In this document: positions 1 to 7,852 of the stretch, in pieces
Layout: every line of letters begins with the position of its first letter
How positions within the stretch are numbered: position 1 is the first letter of the stretch
Assembly (NCBI GenBank): GCA_963810275.1
Contig: CAWENF010000016.1
Coordinates: 1 to 22,368, forward strand
Direction of reading: 5' to 3'
Origin: an uncultured archaeon
Lineage (GTDB): Archaea > Thermoproteota > Bathyarchaeia > Bathyarchaeales > Bathycorpusculaceae
DNA: 22,368 nucleotides
Notes under the pieces: generated by a model
Database searches by the model: none
What the model was told of the DNA's origin: nothing
What the model saw: only the letters and a program-made list of their open reading frames with translations
Made by a program: the position numbers and the translations under genes

Positions 1-240
1 AATGGACAAAAATTCACAAAAAGCGTGGATATGAGCTACCTCGGCACATATCCTGGGGTATTCGATCAAAGATGAGGTGTGATGTTTCTAAATGTTTCTG
101 ATGGTAAAACGCTCATAAACACCCTGCATGTAAAAATCATTCGTCAAGATGTAACTACCGATGCACCGCTTGAATATTTAAGCGGTAAAAAAGGAAAGGT
201 TTTATGAAGGAATGACGTGAATTTTGAACTAAGCAAAGTC

Positions 241-313
241 GGGCCGTTAATCTAGTTGGCTAGGACGTCGCCCTCACGCGCGAAGATTACTGGTTCAAAT
301 CCGGTATGGGCGA
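241..313 (+). pseudogene. Degenerate tRNA-Val(CAC)
   Basis: The cloverleaf is recognisable: GGGCCGT start, D-arm (ATCT..GGAC), anticodon loop CTCACGC (CAC at 275-277) and intact T-arm ACTGG-TTCAAAT-CCGGT. Defects: the 3' anticodon stem lacks one G (GCGA vs GGCGA), the acceptor stem has two G-G mismatches (ATGGGCG vs ACGGCCC) and there is an A10-C25 mismatch. TATA-like TTTTATGA lies at ~199-206 and a T-tract at 322-328. Confidence 0.8.
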
Positions 314-446
314 TTATTCTGTTTTTTTCCTAAGCAGGTTTGCGATTAAGTGTATCTTTGGGGATTGCTGGTGTAGCTTGCCAGTCACATATTTTTAAGT
401 TTACATAAACATCCATTTCATTGAGAAAGTTTTGGGAGGTGTATTT

Positions 447-623
447 TTGCAAGAAGATTTTAATTTGAGTGAAAAATTGCAGCGGATGGGGCAAGATCTC
501 AAAAATCAATGTAAAAACGCGGATGTAAATATTAAGACTTGGAATTTCGCTGTAGGCAAAGTAGATGACGAGTTTATTGTTGAAGTTAACGTAAAGTTGG
601 GTTTCAAAGCTAAACATTGTTAG
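447..623 (+). CDS. Small hypothetical protein (~58 aa)
   Basis: ORF 432-623. A strong SD (GGAGGTG, 435-441) points to a TTG start at 447. Composition is protein-like (helix, then beta-strand pattern KTWNFAVGKVDDEFIVEVNVKLGF). Confidence 0.6.
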   Translation: MQEDFNLSEKLQRMGQDLKNQCKNADVNIKTWNFAVGKVDDEFIVEVNVKLGFKAKHC

Positions 624-651
624 AGCAACCGTCTTTTGAGTTTGAGAACCA

Positions 652-664
652 AAACAGTTAAAAA
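652..664 (+). promoter_or_regulatory. BRE/TATA-like promoter motif AAACAGTTAAAAA
   Basis: Lies ~45 bp upstream of the GAGGA SD and ATG at 710. The same 13-mer recurs at 1580 and 2695. Confidence 0.45.
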
Positions 665-709
665 CTTGGCATGCTATCCATCACAACGAATTAACGAGGA
701 CTAATCAAA

Positions 710-900
710 ATGCCATCTAAAGAACTGAGGTCGATAAATTCGTGGCCATGAGTTCCAAACAAAATAGTGTCGAGTTAAATGCCTAAAAGACGGCGTGAAA
801 CTCAAGCTACGTATGCCAAGCCAACCAGCATGAATGAAATTGAAGCGTCTGTGGGGGGACGAAATCATAAAGCGGCTTCAAATGCGGATGAAATGCAAGA
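710..900 (+). pseudogene. rpl38e: Ribosomal protein L38e (eL38) pseudogene
   Basis: Joining three frames gives MPSK/TEVDKFVAMSSK/K*CRVKCLKDGVKLKLRMPSQPA*MKLKRLWGDEIIKRLQ. This matches the archaeal eL38 pattern (MP..I.d..kF..l...A..CRVK..kd.vKLKLRt...lyT.k......eii..l). It has two frameshifts and in-frame stops at 765 and 831. SD GAGGA at 696-700. Confidence 0.65.
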
Positions 901-1090
901 CCCAGAGGACCAAAGACTAAACCATTCTTTTCACGATAACTTTAATTGCATGAAATTTGTTGCAGCGTAAGCTTTGTTGCTCTGCAATAGATTTCTTGCA
1001 TATCTGAACTTCTTTTTAAAAGTATATAGAATGTCATGAAATCCACTTTACGTATTTTTGATCCCAAAACCATGAACAAACATCAGGTTT

Positions 1091-1124
1091 TTGGCCGTAT
1101 ACAAAAGCATCTCCAAAACACAGT
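1091..1124 (+). repeat. 28-bp element, copy 1
   Basis: TTGGCC-GTATACAAAAGCATC(1097-1111)-TCCA-AAACACAGT. Confidence 0.95.
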
Positions 1125-1159
1125 CCAAGTCGAAAAGTAGCTCTTAAAACACCTGGAGA

Positions 1160-1193
1160 TTTTCGAAAACAAGCGAAGCTTATATAATCACGC
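1160..1193 (+). promoter_or_regulatory. TTTTCGAAAA palindrome plus BRE/TATA (CGAAGCTTATATAAT) block downstream of copy 1
   Basis: 30/34 identical to the reverse complement of 7791-7824. Contains a canonical archaeal TATA (TTATATAA). Confidence 0.65.
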
Positions 1194-1556
1194 CCAGCTA
1201 AAAACCTCCATTAAACAACGACGTGCATCCAAGTCATGCGAACAACAAAATACGCGCCAGGCTAACCCTTAGTTAACCCAGAACCTTTGCCTAAACTATT
1301 ATCATAGCGTTTAGGGTGGAAAAATGCTGACTGTAAGCATTCCACACATGCAATAATTAGACTTTTATGGCGTTGCAAACTGGTTTTGGTTTGCTGGATT
1401 GCGATTTTAGGAGTATGTGGTAGTTTGCGGATAGCTTGATTGTTGTTGACGCCGTTATGGGAGTGGTTTTTCTGTGTTTTTGTTTTTAGTTTTTTGTATG
1501 TGATAGCGGAGTTTGCTGCGTTAAGCATTATGTCAGTTTATAATGAGCGAAATTTT

Positions 1557-1594
1557 TTCGAACGCTCACTTTTTACATTAAACAGTTAAAAAAT
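1557..1594 (+). repeat. Direct repeat A: TTCGAACG-N15-AAACAGTTAAAAAAT
   Basis: Same two boxes at identical spacing as 2672-2709. Confidence 0.75.
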
Positions 1595-1741
1595 TTAGTC
1601 ATCACATTTGTTAAATGCTTTAATAGATACATTTTCCATGAAAACCGGTCCCCAAAAGGTTTTAACAACCGAAAAACAAGCTTTAGCAAAAGTTTATTCC
1701 ACACGACTCACCTTAGTTAAACTGATTTTTAGGTGACGCCA

Positions 1742-2464
1742 ATGAAGGAACTCTACATTCCAAATATCCAAGATGCCCTCTTGGTAACTGACATCCAAAT
1801 CGACTTCCTACCAGGAGGTGCACTGCCCGTGGAGAACGGTGACGAAATCATCCCCGTCATAAACGAATACATCCATCACTTCAACAAAAACAAAGCCTCC
1901 GTAATCGCATCCCGTGATTGGCACCCCAGAAACCACATTTCATTTACCACTCGAGGTGGACCTTGGCCGCCTCACTGCGTTGCAGAGACAGCAGGCGCTA
2001 AGTTCAGCCCCGATCTAAAACTCCCTGACCACACGACAGTGATTTCTAAAGCCACAGAAGTTGACCATGAAGCATACTCTGCGTTTGATCACACAAACCT
2101 GGAGGAGACGCTAAGGCGTCTGGGTATTAAGCGGCTTTTTGTGACGGGGTTAGCAACTGATTACTGTGTAGTTAATACTGTTTTGGATGCACGCAAGCTT
2201 GGCTTTGAAGTAGTAGTTTTGATGGATGCCACTCTAGGTATAAACGTTAAAGAAGGCGACGTTGACCGTGCAATTCAAGCCATGGTGGAAATCGGCGCGG
2301 ATCAAGCTACTGACGAGGATTTCGCTGAGATTCAAGACCTATTGTCCACAGAGGAAACAGCCGCGGATTCATTAGCGGAAAAGCCATTGACATTGCATGA
2401 TGCTAAAAAGCAGGCGCGTATGCGTCCTAAAACTGCCAGCCGAAAGCTTAAGACGGAAAAGTAA
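1742..2464 (+). CDS. pncA: Nicotinamidase/pyrazinamidase (isochorismatase family)
   Basis: Motifs DIQIDFLPGGAL, SRDWHP, WPPHCV, ISKA and GLATDYCV give the Asp-Lys-Cys triad and Asp/His/His metal ligands. SD AGGTGA at 1731-1736 favours ATG 1742. Confidence 0.93.
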   Translation: MKELYIPNIQDALLVTDIQIDFLPGGALPVENGDEIIPVINEYIHHFNKNKASVIASRDWHPRNHISFTTRGGPWPPHCVAETAGAKFSPDLKLPDHTTVISKATEVDHEAYSAFDHTNLEETLRRLGIKRLFVTGLATDYCVVNTVLDARKLGFEVVVLMDATLGINVKEGDVDRAIQAMVEIGADQATDEDFAEIQDLLSTEETAADSLAEKPLTLHDAKKQARMRPKTASRKLKTEK

Positions 2465-2671
2465 ACGGTAGAATTTTGCCGAAGAACTGCGAACCCTAAA
2501 TAATCATTCCTTTGCTTTGGGTAGAAATATAGCTTAGGCTGTTTTTGGCGTGTTTTTATTATTTTAAAGGAGTTTTATCTGCTTATTTGGGTTTTTTCCC
2601 AGGATTTACTATGTTTTTCTGTTTTGGATTACTTTAATACCAGTATTTTTTCAGCGTTATTTTCGAAAATC

Positions 2672-2709
2672 TTCGAACGATTATTTTTTGAAGCAAACAG
2701 TTAAAAAAT
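2672..2709 (+). repeat. Direct repeat B: TTCGAACG-N15-AAACAGTTAAAAAAT
   Basis: Partner of 1557-1594. Preceded by the palindrome TTTTCGAAAA at 2660-2669. Confidence 0.75.
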
Positions 2710-2797
2710 GGCAACTATAATGTGGAATTTTATAGAGAAGAGTTCAAAAAATCCCCTTATCATACTCTTTTCGGTTAAACGAACAACGAATGGTGAA

Positions 2798-3211
2798 CTA
2801 TTCGCCCATAACTTGAATTAGAATGGTTCTCTCCCTAGGATATACGTCGGTTTCCACATAAAGCAGCGACTGCCAAGTCCCAAAAACAACTTCCCCCTCT
2901 ACGATCGGTAAGGTTTTGTCCGGTGGCAGAAGCATCGAGCGCAAATGGGAATGCGCGTTTGAAGGGTGATGATATTTGCCTTTTTTAGGTGCCAGTTGCT
3001 CCAGAAATATCTTGATGTCATCTAGCAGGGCGGGGTCGTTTTCGGTTAGAACCAAGATGCCTGTTGCATGTGGTGCGAAGACATGGGCAACGCCATTTTT
3101 TATCTGTGAAGCTTGAACCGTTTGATTCACTGTTTGGGAGAGGTCTATGAAATCGATTTCCCCTCTGGTTTTGATTTTGATTATTTTGTTCACAACTTTA
3201 AAATTCGCCAT
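2798..3211 (-). CDS. yjbQ: YjbQ/UPF0047 family protein (secondary thiamine-phosphate synthase-like)
   Basis: Motifs HATG..LTEN.P, Y.H..NAHSHLRS.L and GTWQ..Y.E.D..PR.R. The ORF track starts at GTG 3223; ATG 3211 is likely. Confidence 0.92.
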   Translation of the reverse strand: MANFKVVNKIIKIKTRGEIDFIDLSQTVNQTVQASQIKNGVAHVFAPHATGILVLTENDPALLDDIKIFLEQLAPKKGKYHHPSNAHSHLRSMLLPPDKTLPIVEGEVVFGTWQSLLYVETDVYPRERTILIQVMGE

Positions 3212-3274
3212 AGAATCATCCACATATAACTTATGACGTTTCGATAGAAAAACTTTGATTATTCTGTGTTTGAA

Positions 3275-3308
3275 ACTGTGTTTTGGTGATGCTTTTGTAT
3301 ACGGCCAA
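3275..3308 (-). repeat. 28-bp element, copy 2
   Basis: Reverse complement reads TTGGCC-GTATACAAAAGCATC(core 3288-3302)-ACCA-AAACACAGT; 33/34 identical to copy 1. Confidence 0.95.
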
Positions 3309-4687
3309 ACATAAAAAGCGCTTACGTACCTTGCACTTTGTTGCTAATTTAACCCTTTCAAACAGCTTAAACTCAACCAAGCCTTTAACCCAATTAGTTA
3401 CTCCCATTTTAGGAGATGAAGAAGGATGTTTTTTAGACTTCGATAAGCTACCTTTTTTAGTAAGAAAAAACTCGAGCATATCCTGGCCGATTATGACAAT
3501 ATTGTAGAACATTCCCACTGAAGTCTATAGTGACTGCGTAATGCTTTTTGAAACCTTAGAGGGTAACATTGTAACCAATCGTTGTCAAATGCACTAAGGA
3601 AGAACAGCGATATTTCTGGATGATAAAATACATATTTTTTAAAGAAATATTAGTTATAGCAAAAATTACCTTCTAACAAAGTTCATTATCATACAGTATA
3701 GTTATGTCAAAAAATAAACTCCCGAAAGCACAATGCTTAGTCTTCAGCAGCGAAAAGCCTGCACTGCACTCGCCATCTTAAGCTACTTTGAAACAACAAC
3801 CTACGCTTTGTATGCATTACTGCGGGTACCCGACATCAAATGAACATTGACAGACTAAAACCTCCGAAAATTAATATTGGAAACACAATCTGATATTTGC
3901 AGCACATTAACCTTCTGCAACTACAAACGCACAAATGTTTTTTTTGTTAAAAACACAACTAAAAGCAACAAACCATCGCTTTTGACCACAACAAATAAGC
4001 GTCAACGAAGTCTCAGACGAGCAAGTAAATCTGCCGCAAAATTACAAGCGTTTGTGCATGAAAAACAGTTGCCTTCTGATAGTACTCATTTGGCTCCCAA
4101 TTCACAGTCAACACAGGCGAAGCATTCTCAAGAGAATCTTAAGGAACTCCAAGGATGCTGAACGAGTTTCTCCTTTTTTGTTGCTGGTGGCATACCAGAC
4201 TCTGCAGGCGCTCGCTTAGGTCTCACCTGTTCTAACGGCAAAATCAGGCGTTTCAAAACCAACCTTTAGGGTTAATGCGGAGTCAAAGCAAAGAAAATAG
4301 TTGCCGTCGTACCCCACGCCTAATTATTCAACTTCCATCCAACTACACACTTTTTTAGCGCATTTCTGCTAAAACTGCAGGAAGTCTGGCTGCTTGAAGT
4401 ACACAATCTAAAGAGCCTTCAAAATTTTTCTTCCTGATTAAAACCTCCAAATCGGTTAATCGTAGGGGTTTTTTCAACAAAAAACCTTTAAACTGCACCG
4501 TTTTTAATTTAAAGACCGCACTCCACAGCTGTTTAGTTGCGAAATATAGTCAGCCAAAAACTGTTAGCACTTTTTCGTCTAAAAACAAAATCTAAAGACG
4601 TAAAAAAGACTTTAAATCTAAAATGCACTTTGGAAAAGGCTTATTAGGGTATGGGGTAGGTGCTTGGCATGGGGAATATCGGAGCCT

Positions 4688-4717
4688 CATATAAGTACTG
4701 TCGAAAATCTCCATGTG
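4688..4717 (-). promoter_or_regulatory. CACATGGAGATTTTCGA..CTTATATG block downstream of copy 3
   Basis: The reverse complement of 4701-4717 is 16/17 identical to 1150-1166 and is followed by TATA-like CTTATATG. Confidence 0.5.
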
Positions 4718-4830
4718 AAGCAAAACGCGAGTTTTTCGAGCCATCTTCGAGCTTAGGTTTGACTTTTTTTAGGAAAATTTATTTTTTTGAAAACTTTGAT
4801 GTTTTTGTTCTGGCTTATGGTTTTGATGGG

Positions 4831-4858
4831 GTGTTCGTTGATGCTTTTGTATACAAAA
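4831..4858 (-). repeat. 28-bp element, copy 3 (second box degenerate)
   Basis: Exact core GATGCTTTTGTATAC at 4840-4854, overlapping the palindrome TTTTGTATACAAAA (4845-4858). Confidence 0.9.
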
Positions 4859-5141
4859 ATTTTTGTGATAGTTTTATTGTATTTAGGCAACTTACCTTTT
4901 TTATGAGTGTTGTCTGTGGTTTGACGAATTTTTGTTCTCTTAGGGAACATAGATTGCTCTTATGGTTGTTGGATGTTTATTAAGCGGTAGCTTTTGTGGC
5001 TGTTACTGATGGGCTATATTGGCAATATTTTGTGTGGATTAATGTTGGAAAAATCGTGTTCGGTTGGTATGGTTGTATTGGTATTATCTTTCGGAGGCAT
5101 GTTCACCAGTGGGTTCTAGCTTCCACCAAGCGGATTCAGCG

Positions 5142-5177
5142 GTATACAAAAGCATCCCCCAAACATAGTTTTGCGCT
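5142..5177 (+). repeat. 28-bp element, copy 4
   Basis: GTATACAAAAGCATC(5142-5156)-CCCC-AAACATAGT-TTTGCGCT; identical to copy 6 apart from one T. Confidence 0.95.
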
Positions 5178-5221
5178 GGTGCTGTCAACAATTTTTAATT
5201 AAGCTAATTCCAAAATAGCAG

Positions 5222-5689
5222 TTGGAGCACAAAAATGTGAGCACCCCAGAAGACCGCATACGGCTAAGACGCTGGCGTAAACGAGGTTTCTACAGTGAAA
5301 CAGCCTTAGTCAAGCTACTCCAGAAAAAAGGCTACTTCGCTGTTCGCGTCCCTGTCTCTAACCCCAGCCTAAACCCCCTGCCGGACCTAATGGCGCGTCG
5401 TGGACCCCACGTCTACGCTTTTGAAGTTAAAAACGCCACCTACTACGCCTACTTTCCTCTTCCCCAAATCGACAAGTTGTTCCGTTTCCTTAACCAGTTC
5501 ATCCCCTCAGGCAACGAGTATAAGCATGCGGTGGTGGCGGCGCACTTGGGCAAACGGTGGTTATTTAAAGAAATCAGCTGGACCGATTGGCAGAAAGAAA
5601 AAATACCCGATAAAGTCCGCATCTTAAAGCGTGATCGCGGCAACCTGAACATGGACACTTGCTACCTTGAAGATGTTCCAGTCGAGTAA
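5222..5689 (+). CDS. Hjc/Hje-like (archaeal Holliday junction resolvase family) PD-(D/E)XK nuclease
   Basis: RG..SE..LVK.L...GY.AVRVP.S....PD..A.R....YAFEVK follows the Hjc catalytic pattern. The start may be GTG 5237 (GGAG at 5224-5227). Confidence 0.8.
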   Translation: MEHKNVSTPEDRIRLRRWRKRGFYSETALVKLLQKKGYFAVRVPVSNPSLNPLPDLMARRGPHVYAFEVKNATYYAYFPLPQIDKLFRFLNQFIPSGNEYKHAVVAAHLGKRWLFKEISWTDWQKEKIPDKVRILKRDRGNLNMDTCYLEDVPVE

Positions 5690-5759
5690 AGGCCTGTACC
5701 TAAAATCTATTATAAAGTAACCGGCAACTTGAAAACTATTCAGGTTTGTGGGTTTAACC

Positions 5760-5880
5760 ATGGCTAAAAACTGGTTGGTTCAGACCCAGTTACTTGAAAA
5801 AACCATTATGGTCGCGAAGAAACAATGCCTGTCCTAAAAGGAATAGACATGGCAATCAGTTGGGGTAGTTTTGCAGTTCA
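5760..5880 (+). pseudogene. N-terminal remnant of an ABC transporter ATP-binding protein (LolD/MacB-like)
   Basis: Joining two frames gives MAKNWLVQTQLLEK/HYGREETMPVLKGIDMAISWGSFAV, the typical pre-Walker-A segment. The Walker A motif and the rest are missing. Confidence 0.55.
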
Positions 5881-5925
5881 GTTAACCGCGATGTTGCTAT
5901 CCAAACCATAGAAACTACAGTTTAG

Positions 5926-6353
5926 GCGGTGGACTCAAGTTTGGTTATCTTCGGCCTTGACGGATTAATGGCACTGAACAGACGTATTTGGCCTCAACTT
6001 GGCAATCAATCATGCTTATGCCTCTTCTCAATTTAGCCTTCGCTATGGCTTGTGAGTTATATAATGATCTCAGCGGATAAGTAGCTTCAAGAATTCGGAA
6101 TGCGGGCGGTAGGTGTCAAACCCAAACAAATCAGTTCAGTGTCTGCGATTGAGTGCCTGCTGGTAATTGAATACAGTTTCGGGGTTTGTAGCTTTTGTAC
6201 ATGATAATTACTCTACTATTTTGATGGCGAACCCGATAATAGCCGCGTTATTGTAGGCTACATTGCAGTGTTGATTGGCGCAGTTGATAACTATTCATTT
6301 TAAGCTTTATTCCAGCTTATAGGCTTTCTAAAAATCATATTTTTGAATCATAG
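5926..6353 (+). pseudogene. C-terminal remnant of an FtsX-like ABC permease
   Basis: Fragments in different frames: YLASTWQSIMLMPLLNLAFA, QEFGMRAVGVKPKQI...IE (FtsX 'EfGilRAlG' motif), IITLL/ILMANPII and SFIPAYRLSK. Multiple stops and frameshifts. Confidence 0.6.
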
Positions 6354-7043
6354 TTTGCCGAATTTTTTAGGGGCGCACTTGACATTTTGCGTGTATAGTG
6401 GCAGTTGGCAAATAAAGTCTTGTAGCTGCAAAACCGAAACCACTGGCACCTCATAATAAAACTTGTATGCACCGGGCATTAGCGACAAAACGGCTGGAAC
6501 AAACAATGCAGAATCCCACTTGATGCACTCCAAATCTATTTTAGGGCTGGGCAGCGCATCAGCCAATGCCTCCACCCGCCGCGTCTGATCCTCCACGATT
6601 TTTCGCAACGCAGACGCAGCAATAGAATGCTGCCAACGCTTACAATCAATGCACACAACAAGAGGTTTTCGGCATCCTACAACGTCTATCTCGAAGCGTC
6701 GGCTGCCATGTTTAAAGCGTAGGTTGCGTCGTACGGTGTAGCCGTTGCTTTTAAGGGCGTAGGCGGCGATTTGTTCGAATTCTTGCCACCCCAGAAGATT
6801 GCTAACTGTCTGCATGTCGGCTCCGAGGTTGACGGCTTTGACGGCCAGTTTTATCCGGTTTTCTACGATGACCTCAATTTTTTCGTTACTTAAATTAATG
6901 AGTTTTTCTTTTTGCAGTTTTTGAAGCAATAGCCAATAAATGTCTTCTGGGAGTTTGGCGTCGATTTTGACATCTTCAATTAAAGCATCTGTTTTTTGGG
7001 TCTTTTTTAGAGTAGAAATTAACAATTTACGCTCAACACTCAA
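6348..7043 (-). CDS. Restriction endonuclease-like (Mrr/NERD-type PD-(D/E)XK) protein with N-terminal winged-helix-like region
   Basis: Motifs WQEFE, EIDVVG and IDCKRW. The N-terminal ~65 aa follows a wHTH-like helix/strand pattern. SD GGAGGTG at 7050-7056 favours TTG 7043 over GTG 7052. Confidence 0.8.
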   Translation of the reverse strand: MSVERKLLISTLKKTQKTDALIEDVKIDAKLPEDIYWLLLQKLQKEKLINLSNEKIEVIVENRIKLAVKAVNLGADMQTVSNLLGWQEFEQIAAYALKSNGYTVRRNLRFKHGSRRFEIDVVGCRKPLVVCIDCKRWQHSIAASALRKIVEDQTRRVEALADALPSPKIDLECIKWDSALFVPAVLSLMPGAYKFYYEVPVVSVLQLQDFICQLPLYTQNVKCAPKKFGKL

Positions 7044-7120
7044 CGAATGCACCTCCAGTTTTGGCAGTTTTCATGCAAAAAATGGCTAAAAATCCGTCAA
7101 GACGGCTGCCCGAATCGTAT

Positions 7121-7150
7121 CCGTATACAAAAGCATCAACAAAACACAGT
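7121..7150 (+). repeat. 28-bp element, copy 5
   Basis: CC-GTATACAAAAGCATC(7123-7137)-AACA-AAACACAGT. Confidence 0.95.
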
Positions 7151-7790
7151 TTTAAACGCCAACACTCAGACCCCGTGGTTTCAACCGCCACACCCCCAAC
7201 CTCCATCTCATCTTATATCGTCCCTTTTCCAATAAATCTTCCAGGCAATGCGAGTGAGAAAAACTTTTTCCCCAAATTTCCTGAACTGACCCCTTCTTCG
7301 CCGAACATGCCGCAAATTATCCCCTTCCGCTGTTGAAATTGCATTTTTCTTATCTTATTCAAGCAATCAACCCCCAACATTTTAACTATTTAATGTAAAA
7401 AGTGACCATTCGATGTTTTTTCGGTAATTGGAAAAAGCCATAGCAGATAACCTTGACAGGACAGCCCTAAAGAGTTATCTATTCAGCAACAGTTTGCGGC
7501 TCATCTGCTTAGCCGAGAGGTCCTCATATGTCAGTTAACCTTCCAACAGCAGACCTTCTGGTGGGTTCTGCTTGGTGGGGCGATTCTATCAGACTAAGAA
7601 GTCCTCCCCGCATCAAATTTAGCTCTTTTAGAGAACTAAAAAGCGACATCTTAAGTGATTCTGAAGTAAACTTTTTGTTTTGACTGTTAGTTCTACCCCA
7701 TCTCATGTTATCTGTCGCCGTTTTATTCTCCGCCGGGTAAGCGCTAAATGTATTGGCGGCATTATTGCTCAGAAAATTCTAATCACTCGT

Positions 7791-7824
7791 GCATGATTAT
7801 ATAAGGTTCGCTGTTTTTCGAAAA
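7791..7824 (-). promoter_or_regulatory. TTTTCGAAAA palindrome plus BRE/TATA (CGAACCTTATATAAT) block downstream of copy 6
   Basis: Reverse complement is 30/34 identical to 1160-1193, at nearly the same distance from the core. Confidence 0.65.
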
Positions 7825-7852
7825 AAATTATGTTTTCAACGATTTTTTTCTG

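Noticed and set aside
1-207. Frame-1 reading with one internal TGA (73-75)
   Set aside because: Could be the end of a gene from outside the window, but no family is recognisable.
779-970. 63-aa ORF
   Set aside because: Alternative frame of the eL38 remnant; no recognisable protein features.
1097-1124. 28-bp element as an Xer dif site
   Set aside because: The length fits, but there is no 11-6-11 inverted-arm symmetry.
1262-1528. 88-aa minus-strand ORF (likewise ORFs within 3231-5202 and 7047-7336)
   Set aside because: K/N/T/Q- or F/V-rich products expected from skewed non-coding DNA; no SD or motifs. Several run across the repeat element.
6191-6199. Partial core GCTTTTGTA (also weak partials near 15754, 18874 and 22313)
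   Set aside because: Nine or fewer matching bases, no second box, and several lie inside coding or pseudogene sequence.
7524-7706. 60-aa ORF downstream of the copy-6 TATA
   Set aside because: No recognisable motif or SD; possibly a remnant, but not supportable as a CDS.
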